Shown: in pieces, positions 1-6,284 of the stretch
How positions within the stretch are numbered: position 1 is the stretch's first letter
Layout of the letters: every line of letters begins with the position of its first letter
Origin: a virus
Virus record (IMG/VR): IMGVR_UViG_3300042445_001170
Span: 32,001-96,000 of that record
Length of the DNA stretch: 64,000 bases
Strand: one strand, 5' to 3'
Made by a program: the position numbers and the translations under genes
Notes under the pieces: model-generated
Told to the model about the DNA's origin: nothing
Seen by the model: only the letters and a program-made list of their open reading frames with translations
Databases searched by the model: none

Positions 1-202
1 GCCCCACAGGCACATTGTGGCCAGCCTTAATATGCTCTCTTATATGAGTGATCAAATGTCCATCATCATGTATCTCTTCAGACAATGAAAACAATGAGTA
101 CTCATCTGTACGTTCATTCAGCCAACATGCTTGACACTCTATCCATCCACCAACATGTGGATAAATATAGATATCGCTGTCAGAAAATCTGGCGTATGCC
201 AT
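1..202 (-). CDS. hypothetical phage protein, runs off window (MAYARFSDSDIYIYPHVGGWIECQAC...)
   Basis: Hand translation; ATG overlaps upstream TAA (TAATG); CxxC...HxxxH pattern; not in ORF track. Confidence 0.7.
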   Translation of the reverse strand, partial: MAYARFSDSDIYIYPHVGGWIECQACWLNERTDEYSLFSLSEEIHDDGHLITHIREHIKAGHNVPVG

Positions 203-303
203 TACATTGCTTTCTTTATCTTATTAATTGCTTTACGAAACTTGATATATCTAATTGGATTCTTCCAAAATTTAAGCGGAAGCTTTACTATCTTTTTTGC
301 CAT
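202..303 (-). CDS. 33-aa basic microprotein MAKKIVKLPLKFWKNPIRYIKFRKAINKIKKAM
   Basis: GGAGG SD upstream of ATG; stop overlaps next start. Confidence 0.65.
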   Translation of the reverse strand: MAKKIVKLPLKFWKNPIRYIKFRKAINKIKKAM

Positions 304-313
304 TGTATCCTCC

Positions 314-541
314 TTATAAATGTATCTTATTCACAGGCTCTTTGGACCAGTGTATGTATGATTTAATATAAACTACAGCATAAGCAATGGCTGAAAATAT
401 AAACCCGTATTGTTTAGTTATTAAAGCATATGTTATCCATAGACATTCATTAAATAGAAGAACAAACCATCCCCATTTATCTTTTCTGCCTACGAAATAT
501 ATACCCGCTACACCAATTACTGCCAATATCCATGACCACAT
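314..541 (-). CDS. PnuC-like / SemiSWEET-size small membrane protein (about 3 TM)
   Basis: W-rich hydrophobic helices, motifs KWGW and LWITYA..QYG resembling PnuC-like phage proteins. Confidence 0.55.
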   Translation of the reverse strand: MWSWILAVIGVAGIYFVGRKDKWGWFVLLFNECLWITYALITKQYGFIFSAIAYAVVYIKSYIHWSKEPVNKIHL

Positions 542-566
542 GTTATACCCTTATCGTTAGATATCT

Positions 567-598
567 ATTATAGCATTAAATATGTCAACGTAGTTGAC
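567..598 (-). promoter_or_regulatory. extended -10 promoter (TGcTATAAT) with upstream palindrome GTCAAC-N3-GTTGAC
   Basis: TATAAT at 572-567; perfect 6-bp inverted repeat at 584-598. Confidence 0.55.
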
Positions 599-666
599 TG
601 GGATCTCTCTACCGCCGCCGATTTCACTAATTGGGATCAATATTGTGTAATATAGTTAATTTACTA

Positions 667-897
667 TTAAGCTTCAGGTGAAGGAGTCGGACCTTCGTTA
701 TCAGGTTCGGAACCTGGAGTACTGCCGTTATACGAACCTGAAATATTCTTCGGAATAATTCGCTTAATCTCGTAGCAACAGTCTGGGCATTCGCCCTTAT
801 ACAACCAATTACCTGAATCTAAGACAACCATTTCGGTCAATCTGCCTGAAACATTTTTCTTGCATAGAACACAAAATGCGTCCAGCTTTATAGTCAT
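667..897 (-). CDS. zinc-ribbon protein (CxxC...CxxC, DUF5679-like)
   Basis: FCVLCKK...KGECPDC; C-terminal tail reads through the tRNA-like element. Confidence 0.6.
   Translation of the reverse strand: MTIKLDAFCVLCKKNVSGRLTEMVVLDSGNWLYKGECPDCCYEIKRIIPKNISGSYNGSTPGSEPDNEGPTPSPEA
672..742 (-). tRNA. aberrant tRNA: Gln-type body with CCG (Arg) anticodon, possibly pseudo-tRNA
   Basis: Cloverleaf TTCAGGT/ACCTGAA, D stem GTAT/GTAC, anticodon loop TTCCGAA, T arm GAAGG-TCCGACT-CCTTC, G73. Confidence 0.65.
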
Positions 898-1028
898 TCT
901 TCTAGAAGATGTTCATTTTCTTTAAAAGCTTTTAGAATAGCTTCTCTAAGCTTATCATTCTTTAGTGCATTATGTGTACCATTACATTCTGGATACGCAT
1001 CTGATAAGCCACATTTACATAGCGCCAT
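894..1028 (-). CDS. CDGSH iron-sulfur domain microprotein (44 aa)
   Basis: MALCKCGLSDAYPECNGTHN matches C-x-C-x2-S-x3-P-x-C-(D/N)-G-(S/T)-H; stop overlaps next ATG. Confidence 0.8.
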   Translation of the reverse strand: MALCKCGLSDAYPECNGTHNALKNDKLREAILKAFKENEHLLEE

Positions 1029-1296
1029 TTGTTTCAGCCTCTCTTAGCCACTGATCTTCCCATAACCCCATAAGCGATTCGTTACCAATATCATCAAAGT
1101 AGTAACGCTTATTTACAGGATTAAAGGTCCAGCCGTACCATCTATCACCTTCAGACCATGTTAGATTAGTTGGGCCTTCCTCTTTGTACTCTGACAGTCT
1201 ACGTAGCAATTCATCATTCTCATGAACAACAGCCTCAATTGCCTCTCTAAGGCGTTTAGGCCTCATGAGATATTTCTCTACAAAATTAAACAACAT
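1015..1296 (-). CDS. hypothetical protein
   Basis: ORF track; GGAG SD. Confidence 0.7.
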   Translation of the reverse strand: MLFNFVEKYLMRPKRLREAIEAVVHENDELLRRLSEYKEEGPTNLTWSEGDRWYGWTFNPVNKRYYFDDIGNESLMGLWEDQWLREAETNGAM

Positions 1297-1304
1297 ATTA
1301 TCTC

Positions 1305-1490
1305 CTAGTATGGCCCATATGCATTAAAATGAAGGTATGAATATACCTTATCCGTATTACCTGATTGTATCAGCTCCATAGGTATGCCGTCAAGGGCTGT
1401 GTTGTGTCCGTATAGCCATTTTAAAGCATTTCCTACGTTGTCTCCCACAATAGAAAATAGCATATCTACGATCTCATCTGTTTTATTCAT
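1305..1490 (-). CDS. MbcA/ParS/Xre-family antitoxin C-terminal domain protein (DUF2384-like), standalone
   Basis: A..WL...N.AL.G.P..L...G....V..YL signature. Confidence 0.7.
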   Translation of the reverse strand: MNKTDEIVDMLFSIVGDNVGNALKWLYGHNTALDGIPMELIQSGNTDKVYSYLHFNAYGPY

Positions 1491-1765
1491 TTTGGATCTT
1501 TAATTGGCGACTTATCTAAACTAAAATAATTAGTTTGATGTCCAAACTTCATCTTATTTAATCTTTTATTGATAGCCCGCCACATTCCCCATTCTGTGTA
1601 TGCAAGCCCGCCTTTACAAGCTGCTCCCCAGTAGCCGTCATTTGGCCCATCGCCCATTTGATACCATTTTTGAATATCCCAAAATCTAGCCCTTGGACCA
1701 TATTTCCAATCACGGTGAACTTTGATTATATATGCTGGACGATCTACAGATTTCTTTTTGCTCAT
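1487..1765 (-). CDS. hypothetical protein
   Basis: ORF track, overlapping start/stop with neighbours. Confidence 0.7.
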   Translation of the reverse strand: MSKKKSVDRPAYIIKVHRDWKYGPRARFWDIQKWYQMGDGPNDGYWGAACKGGLAYTEWGMWRAINKRLNKMKFGHQTNYFSLDKSPIKDPK

Positions 1766-1950
1766 CCTAACTCCTTCTCAATAGCCTGAATAACTTCTTT
1801 AACAGGAACACAGCAATGACCTTTTTTGTCTAAAAAATTACACAATTCCACTACTGCACGAAGGGCTCGCATAGATTGTGGGTCACCGTTGTAATAAGCA
1901 ACATCTAATCTGCGGTTAATTTCAATTAGCAATTCATCGTATGTCATCAT
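1762..1950 (-). CDS. hypothetical protein (start moved to ATG 1950)
   Basis: ATGA coupling with upstream gene. Confidence 0.65.
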   Translation of the reverse strand: MMTYDELLIEINRRLDVAYYNGDPQSMRALRAVVELCNFLDKKGHCCVPVKEVIQAIEKELG

Positions 1951-2162
1951 TGCTCCATCATAGCATTTATACCCTTGATTACACAAGTGTCTATGCCATC
2001 TCCATATCTATGGGTAAACTTTTTACCTACCCTCCATAGCTGATCGTCTTCTATGATTAAATAGTCATTGATTGAATCAGGATCTGTATCTCCTGCAACC
2101 CGCCCAATGTGGTATGTCTTAATTAGCCTATCGTTAACGTATATTGGAATGTGTATTGGCAT
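1947..2162 (-). CDS. hypothetical protein (start moved to ATG 2162, after tRNA-Gln)
   Basis: Longer ORF-track start lies inside tRNA-Gln. Confidence 0.65.
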   Translation of the reverse strand: MPIHIPIYVNDRLIKTYHIGRVAGDTDPDSINDYLIIEDDQLWRVGKKFTHRYGDGIDTCVIKGINAMMEQ

Positions 2163-2163
2163 G

Positions 2164-2234
2164 CTCTCCCCCAAGGATTCGAACCTCAATAGCCAGGACC
2201 AAAACCTGGAGTCCTACCGTTAGACGAGAGGAGA
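2164..2234 (-). tRNA. tRNA-Gln(UUG)
   Basis: Cloverleaf, CCAGG-TTTTGGT-CCTGG, GGTTCGAATCC, U1-A72. Confidence 0.92.
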
Positions 2235-2239
2235 CTATG

Positions 2240-2322
2240 CGGAAACAATAGGATTCGAACCTATGGATCTTTCAATCTACGATTTAGCAAACCGTTGCAT
2301 TCGACCACTCTGCCATATTTCC
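2240..2322 (-). tRNA. tRNA-Ser(GCU)
   Basis: Cloverleaf with long variable arm, loop TTGCTAA. Confidence 0.92.
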
Positions 2323-2483
2323 TTGTGTCGGGTCAGTTTATAGATTCCACACTGTAAGGCCTTTAACCGAGTCCCCCGACGAGACCGTACAGTAGACTCC
2401 TAGTTGCCCCTGTAGTTTGCGTAAACAGAAAGCTAACTTTTCGTAGCTACCGAAAGTTCCTACTGCCATACAAACGTTTCCCG
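2323..2483 (-). ncRNA. putative structured ncRNA C between tRNA-Trp and tRNA-Ser
   Basis: No ORF; multistem junction (GCAGUAGG/UCUACUGU) plus long 3' hairpin. Confidence 0.55.
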
Positions 2484-2554
2484 CACCGTCTCTAGGAGTC
2501 GAACCTAGGCTTGCCGCTTTGGAGACGGCAGTGCTACCATAACACTTAGACGAT
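2484..2554 (-). tRNA. tRNA-Trp(CCA)
   Basis: GCCGT-CTCCAAA-GCGGC, GGTTCGACTCC. Confidence 0.92.
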
Positions 2555-2685
2555 ATGTGATCAATAGGTCTACGAGCAGACTAACCTAATGATCGTGATA
2601 TATGAGGATTTACTATCGCTCGTTGTCCTCCAGTTGTCCCCGTCGGGAGTCAGTCTCAATTACCTGAAACTCAACTTTAATATCG
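2555..2685 (-). ncRNA. putative structured ncRNA B with 6-bp kissing loop, between tRNA-Leu and tRNA-Trp
   Basis: No ORF; nested stems; loop ACGAGC complementary to loop GCUCGU. Confidence 0.62.
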
Positions 2686-2759
2686 TACATCAGGTAGGAG
2701 TTGAACCTACAACAATTAGTTCCTAAGACTAACGCCTCTACCAGTTGGGCTACTGACGC
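2686..2759 (-). tRNA. tRNA-Leu(UAG), short variable loop
   Basis: TTAGT-CTTAGGA-ACTAA; 74 nt. Confidence 0.88.
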
Positions 2760-2929
2760 AAATGCTAGCCACGACTTGGGTTCTTAACCTAAACCATCTG
2801 CTAGCTGTTATACCTAGTTACGACCACAGAGCCTATCCATCAGCCTGAACGCCTTCATAAGATGCAGGTAACAGTGCTAAGTTCGGTATAACTATCTCCG
2901 TACAGGTTGTTCAGACCTTATACTTTGAG
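2760..2929 (-). ncRNA. putative pseudoknotted ncRNA A between tRNA-Met and tRNA-Leu
   Basis: No ORF; 9-bp GGUCUGAAC/GUUCAGGCU enclosing loops complementary to downstream GGUAUAACAG; 3' hairpin. Confidence 0.6.
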
Positions 2930-3004
2930 TGGCGGATATGGGATTTGAACCCATGACCTAAAGCTTATGAGGCTTTCGAGCTAACCGAACTGCTCTAATC
3001 CGCT
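2930..3004 (-). tRNA. tRNA-Met(CAU), initiator-like
   Basis: A1xC72 mismatch, A11:U24, T loop TTCAAAT; anticodon stem AAAGC/GCTTT. Confidence 0.88.
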
Positions 3005-3014
3005 GTGGAGATTA

Positions 3015-3043
3015 AGTATAGTACAGAACTAAATCCCTGTCAA
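3015..3043 (-). promoter_or_regulatory. SigA-type promoter of the tRNA/ncRNA array
   Basis: TTGACA-17-TATACT. Confidence 0.8.
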
Positions 3044-3340
3044 CTATATTTGAATTGCCATTACACTCTTGGCATTAAGTAATAGATACTTAGTGTTGTC
3101 ATCATCTTCAACTTCCGTCCCAGAATGCTCTGGATAAAGGATTACATCTCCCACATTGATTCCGCCAATCGGGATCAGGTCGCCCTTGTAGTTGTATTCA
3201 CCTTCGCCCATGCTAATTACTGTAGCTTTATTTGGGCCTTGATCTGAGAACGTGGCAGATAGCACTAAGCCTGTAGCCGTTGTCTTTTCGCCTGTTTCAA
3301 TCTTCTTGATAAGCAACATTCCACCTATAGGTTTAATCAT
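3044..3340 (-). CDS. groES: co-chaperonin GroES
   Basis: IKP.G...T.TG.VL...G.V...G.G...GD.I.Y...GTEV...YLLL. Confidence 0.9.
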   Translation of the reverse strand: MIKPIGGMLLIKKIETGEKTTATGLVLSATFSDQGPNKATVISMGEGEYNYKGDLIPIGGINVGDVILYPEHSGTEVEDDDNTKYLLLNAKSVMAIQI

Positions 3341-3553
3341 TGTCTATGCCTTTTCTTATTTCCATAACGAGCCTTGACTTCTGCCTTAGCTTTATCTACA
3401 ATAGATTGCGTTAAAACATCTACATTAAATTCATCATCAAACTGCTGTTCGTTCATCTGGATCCTTTTCCCATGTAAGTTTTCCATCTTTATATACAGGC
3501 CAATATCCTAATGAACGCCAGTCCATTTTCATAATCTTTGGCTCTCTTGGCAT
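3337..3553 (-). CDS. two coupled microproteins (3437-3553, 38 aa; 3337-3456, 39 aa)
   Basis: Hand translation MPREPKIMKMDWRSLGYW... and MNEQQFDDEF...; second overlaps groES ATG. Confidence 0.55.
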
Positions 3554-3563
3554 ACCACACACC

Positions 3564-4193
3564 TTAACCACGCATATATGGAAACAGTATGTAAGAGTAT
3601 AAATCATAGTTATCAAGAAGTGCTGGGTTGTCAGCCATATTACCTAAATTCATCTTCATAAGTGTCTTGTAATCAACCGTTATCATCATTGCTGGCTCTT
3701 TTTGATTTATATTTCCATACTGGTCTACTGATGGGAATGTTCCAGTAATGCATGCAGAGGCATTCTTATCCCACACTATTTCTTTATACTCAGTAAGGAT
3801 AGCAATCATATCTCTTTGACCACCACGAATTCTTGAGTCTTTGAATAAGTTATCAGAGATTGGAAACTTTACGAGTACGCAATCAGATTTACTATAACTT
3901 ACGTAGACATCTACATCTAACTCAGACTGAACATTTTTTCTAAATTCCTTAATGGGGTCTTTATTTTCATTCTTTGGATCTTCTAATACAGACTGAACTT
4001 CTTTTGCTGTTGTCTCAACAATCTTTTCTTTTTCTACTGTTGGTGGAAGTGTAGCACCAATTGCAATAAAAAGAATTGTGGGCAGAACTACTGCAAATGC
4101 CAGTAGTGATTTAGAGATAGTCTTTCTTTTAACAATTGCTACAACCATAGCAATTAAACTTAGTAGGTACAGAATAATAAATAAATCCGACAT
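3564..4193 (-). CDS. membrane-anchored protein (2 N-terminal TM, soluble C domain)
   Basis: Hydrophobic N-terminus; own promoter TTGACG-17-TATACT at 4272-4244. Confidence 0.75.
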   Translation of the reverse strand: MSDLFIILYLLSLIAMVVAIVKRKTISKSLLAFAVVLPTILFIAIGATLPPTVEKEKIVETTAKEVQSVLEDPKNENKDPIKEFRKNVQSELDVDVYVSYSKSDCVLVKFPISDNLFKDSRIRGGQRDMIAILTEYKEIVWDKNASACITGTFPSVDQYGNINQKEPAMMITVDYKTLMKMNLGNMADNPALLDNYDLYSYILFPYMRG

Positions 4194-4249
4194 TTTAATC
4201 CTTTGTTTAGATACATTGTCCGCCCGACCCTGTATATACCTAAAGTATA

Positions 4250-4399
4250 CTATATATGATGGGACCCGTCAATAGTCTTTTGGCCCGCCTGACTCTCATG
4301 ATACTGTAAATGAAAATCCATTAGCTGATACGTGACCGCACAGAAGCATATTGAACAATGTGTGAGCCATTGGGACTTATCTTCCCAGGCTTTAGCCAA
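4250..4399 (-). CDS. 49-aa C2H2-type zinc-finger microprotein
   Basis: TTG start; HCSICFC...FHLQYH. Confidence 0.5.
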   Translation of the reverse strand: MAKAWEDKSQWLTHCSICFCAVTYQLMDFHLQYHESQAGQKTIDGSHHI

Positions 4400-4488
4400 C
4401 TACTTGTTGCCCCTTAATTTCTTATACTCTTTAATAAAAGCAACTATGGTCACTATCAATACAAACACACACATAATAAAATAAAGGA

Positions 4489-5100
4489 TCATAGGAATTC
4501 ACCAGTAAAATTAACATTTGCGCTTAATCTAAATTGAGATGTATGGGGGTAGCTCCAACTATGAAACCTATCTGAGTAGAAAATGGCGCATGCTCCAGCT
4601 TTAGGGTGTATCTCTTTAATTATACTAAGATCTTCTACCGTTGTCTTTTTGCCATCGTACATCTTGTTGTAAAGGGTTGTAGGGCCTTCTGAGTCATTGA
4701 TATAGTACATGAAAGAGAACCCTCCGAACCTTCCATTAAGGTCTGTATGGATGGGAAGAGTCCTTTGATCGCTATTTTTTACTGTTAGGTTGACTCTTAC
4801 TCTTAAAAATTTATCAACACGAATCTTATACTTATCTGCAAAGGCATTCAATATCTCTGATAAGATAGGGGTAGATAGACTTGGCATTCCTAGAATTGAC
4901 TTATCTCCAAGAAGTATCAATCCATCCTGTGTTTGATCGGTATCTATACCAGATAGTCCATCAGTTTCTGCCCCAACAGTTTCCTGCATATAGTAGGGCA
5001 TATTCATAAATATTTTTTTATATTTCTCTATTTGTTCTTTGCTAAATATGTCTTCATCATAGATATACCCTGGGTCTACCAAAAGGTGTTCGTTGCTCAT
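4489..5100 (-). CDS. 2OG-Fe(II) oxygenase superfamily protein
   Basis: HTD...YYIN..EG.T...H...R.S.N; leaderless (TAGGAT-6-ATG). Confidence 0.75.
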   Translation of the reverse strand: MSNEHLLVDPGYIYDEDIFSKEQIEKYKKIFMNMPYYMQETVGAETDGLSGIDTDQTQDGLILLGDKSILGMPSLSTPILSEILNAFADKYKIRVDKFLRVRVNLTVKNSDQRTLPIHTDLNGRFGGFSFMYYINDSEGPTTLYNKMYDGKKTTVEDLSIIKEIHPKAGACAIFYSDRFHSWSYPHTSQFRLSANVNFTGEFL

Positions 5101-5137
5101 GTATATATCCTACTATTTCTATTAGTTTATTGCAATA

Positions 5138-5275
5138 CTAGCTGACGTAAAAGTTTCTCATATGAGTCTTACATACGGAAATTATTGTTGCCCCTAGCTG
5201 ATCCCAGTAAATACCTGGCTCACTACAAAAATGACATTTGTCATCGTATGGCTTATTAACATCAGTCGTGTTCAT
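5138..5275 (-). CDS. small Cys/His zinc-binding protein (start ATG 5275)
   Basis: KCHFC...VCKTH. Confidence 0.55.
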   Translation of the reverse strand: MNTTDVNKPYDDKCHFCSEPGIYWDQLGATIISVCKTHMRNFYVS

Positions 5276-5483
5276 ATCTATCTTTAATTCTCCTCCACCT
5301 TCCCCATTGGGTAGGTACATCGAGTCCAATATACTCCTGGCCAGTTTCTAAGTCAATAAGAAGCCATTTCCCAGGAGCTTTTGTATGAATTGTTAAGTTA
5401 ACAGCCTCTTCAAATTCGTGAACTTCTGCTCCTTGATACATTTTAGGTAAAAAGGTATAGACATTGTTAAGTAATTTTCTCAT
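5262..5483 (-). CDS. hypothetical protein
   Basis: ORF track; TATAAT upstream. Confidence 0.7.
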   Translation of the reverse strand: MRKLLNNVYTFLPKMYQGAEVHEFEEAVNLTIHTKAPGKWLLIDLETGQEYIGLDVPTQWGRWRRIKDRYEHD

Positions 5484-5504
5484 ACAGATACTATTATATC
5501 TTAT

Positions 5505-5648
5505 TTAAACTGCTAATTCCCTTGGTAACATTATTTCGCATTTGTCACAGTAATCATAAATAGATCCAGTGTACGGACATTGCCCAGCTTCAATTAAATT
5601 ATGCCCATTAAAATAACATTTAATTCTGTTAAAGTAATGACTAATCAT
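5505..5648 (-). CDS. small Cys/His protein (DUF1660-like; start ATG 5648)
   Basis: KC.F.GH......C.......C..C. Confidence 0.55.
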   Translation of the reverse strand: MISHYFNRIKCYFNGHNLIEAGQCPYTGSIYDYCDKCEIMLPRELAV

Positions 5649-5772
5649 CTTGCTTTTCTTTATCCCAAGGCGGAGGTTCAACTGGAGGTCTGCCGTGTGA
5701 CCCATCGCATACTGGATAGGACAAAGACCTACCGCATTGACACATTACTACTGCTGGATATTTGGTAGCCAT
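5641..5772 (-). CDS. CDGSH iron-sulfur domain microprotein (43 aa)
   Basis: MATKYPAVVMCQCGRSLSYPVCDGSHG is an exact CDGSH motif; ATG overlaps ahpD TAA. Confidence 0.88.
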   Translation of the reverse strand: MATKYPAVVMCQCGRSLSYPVCDGSHGRPPVEPPPWDKEKQDD

Positions 5773-6284
5773 TATGCTGAAAGTATCTTTGATAAAGCGT
5801 TAATTGTTGCAGATATTCTACCGATATCTCTTAACTGCTCCACTGTGTACCCCTCTTCTTTTAATGTCTCATAATGTGCTTTTACACAAAAATGACACTT
5901 TCCTATAATAGATGAGGCTAGCGAGTAGGCTTCAAACTTTGCCTTTGTAGTTCCGCCATGAGTTGCAATAGCATTCATTCTTAGCTGTGCTGGCAATCCT
6001 TTAAGATTTGCATCGTCTGCCATTTCTATAAATGGATACCAAACATTATTTTGTGCCATGATTGCGCCAGCAGTAAGGGCTGCATTTTTTTCAACTTCGT
6101 CCGTTGCATTTGCAACAATAAAAGTTAGCAACTTAGAATTGCCAGTAGAAAAAGCAGCAGCTATTGAAAGATACAATGCATGTTCTGGATCAATAGTTGA
6201 TCTGTTTATCACAGCATCAAGATTTAATCTAATATCTTTTGCATACTCTGGAAGATTTTCGTTTAGCTGTCCTACCCAAGACAT
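5772..6284 (-). CDS. ahpD: alkyl hydroperoxide reductase AhpD
   Basis: LPEYAKDIRLNL, MAQNN, CHFCVKAH (CxxC). Confidence 0.93.
   Translation of the reverse strand: MSWVGQLNENLPEYAKDIRLNLDAVINRSTIDPEHALYLSIAAAFSTGNSKLLTFIVANATDEVEKNAALTAGAIMAQNNVWYPFIEMADDANLKGLPAQLRMNAIATHGGTTKAKFEAYSLASSIIGKCHFCVKAHYETLKEEGYTVEQLRDIGRISATINALSKILSA

Noticed and set aside
2323-2929. Known ribozymes (theta/HDV-like, hammerhead, twister, pistol) or tmRNA in the tRNA spacers
   Set aside because: Could not match by eye: CUGAUGG lacks the hammerhead CUGAnGA/GAAA core, no HDV P1-P3 arrangement after the tRNA ends, no tmRNA ends or tag; covariance search still needed
4400-4491. Open hydrophobic frame continuing after the TGA of ORF 4489..5100 (read-through or recoding)
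   Set aside because: No suppressor tRNA, and TGA/TAG act as normal coupled stops elsewhere; more likely a remnant of an interrupted small membrane gene
5649-5705. N-terminal extension of ORF 5505..5705
   Set aside because: Overlaps the CDGSH ORF in another frame
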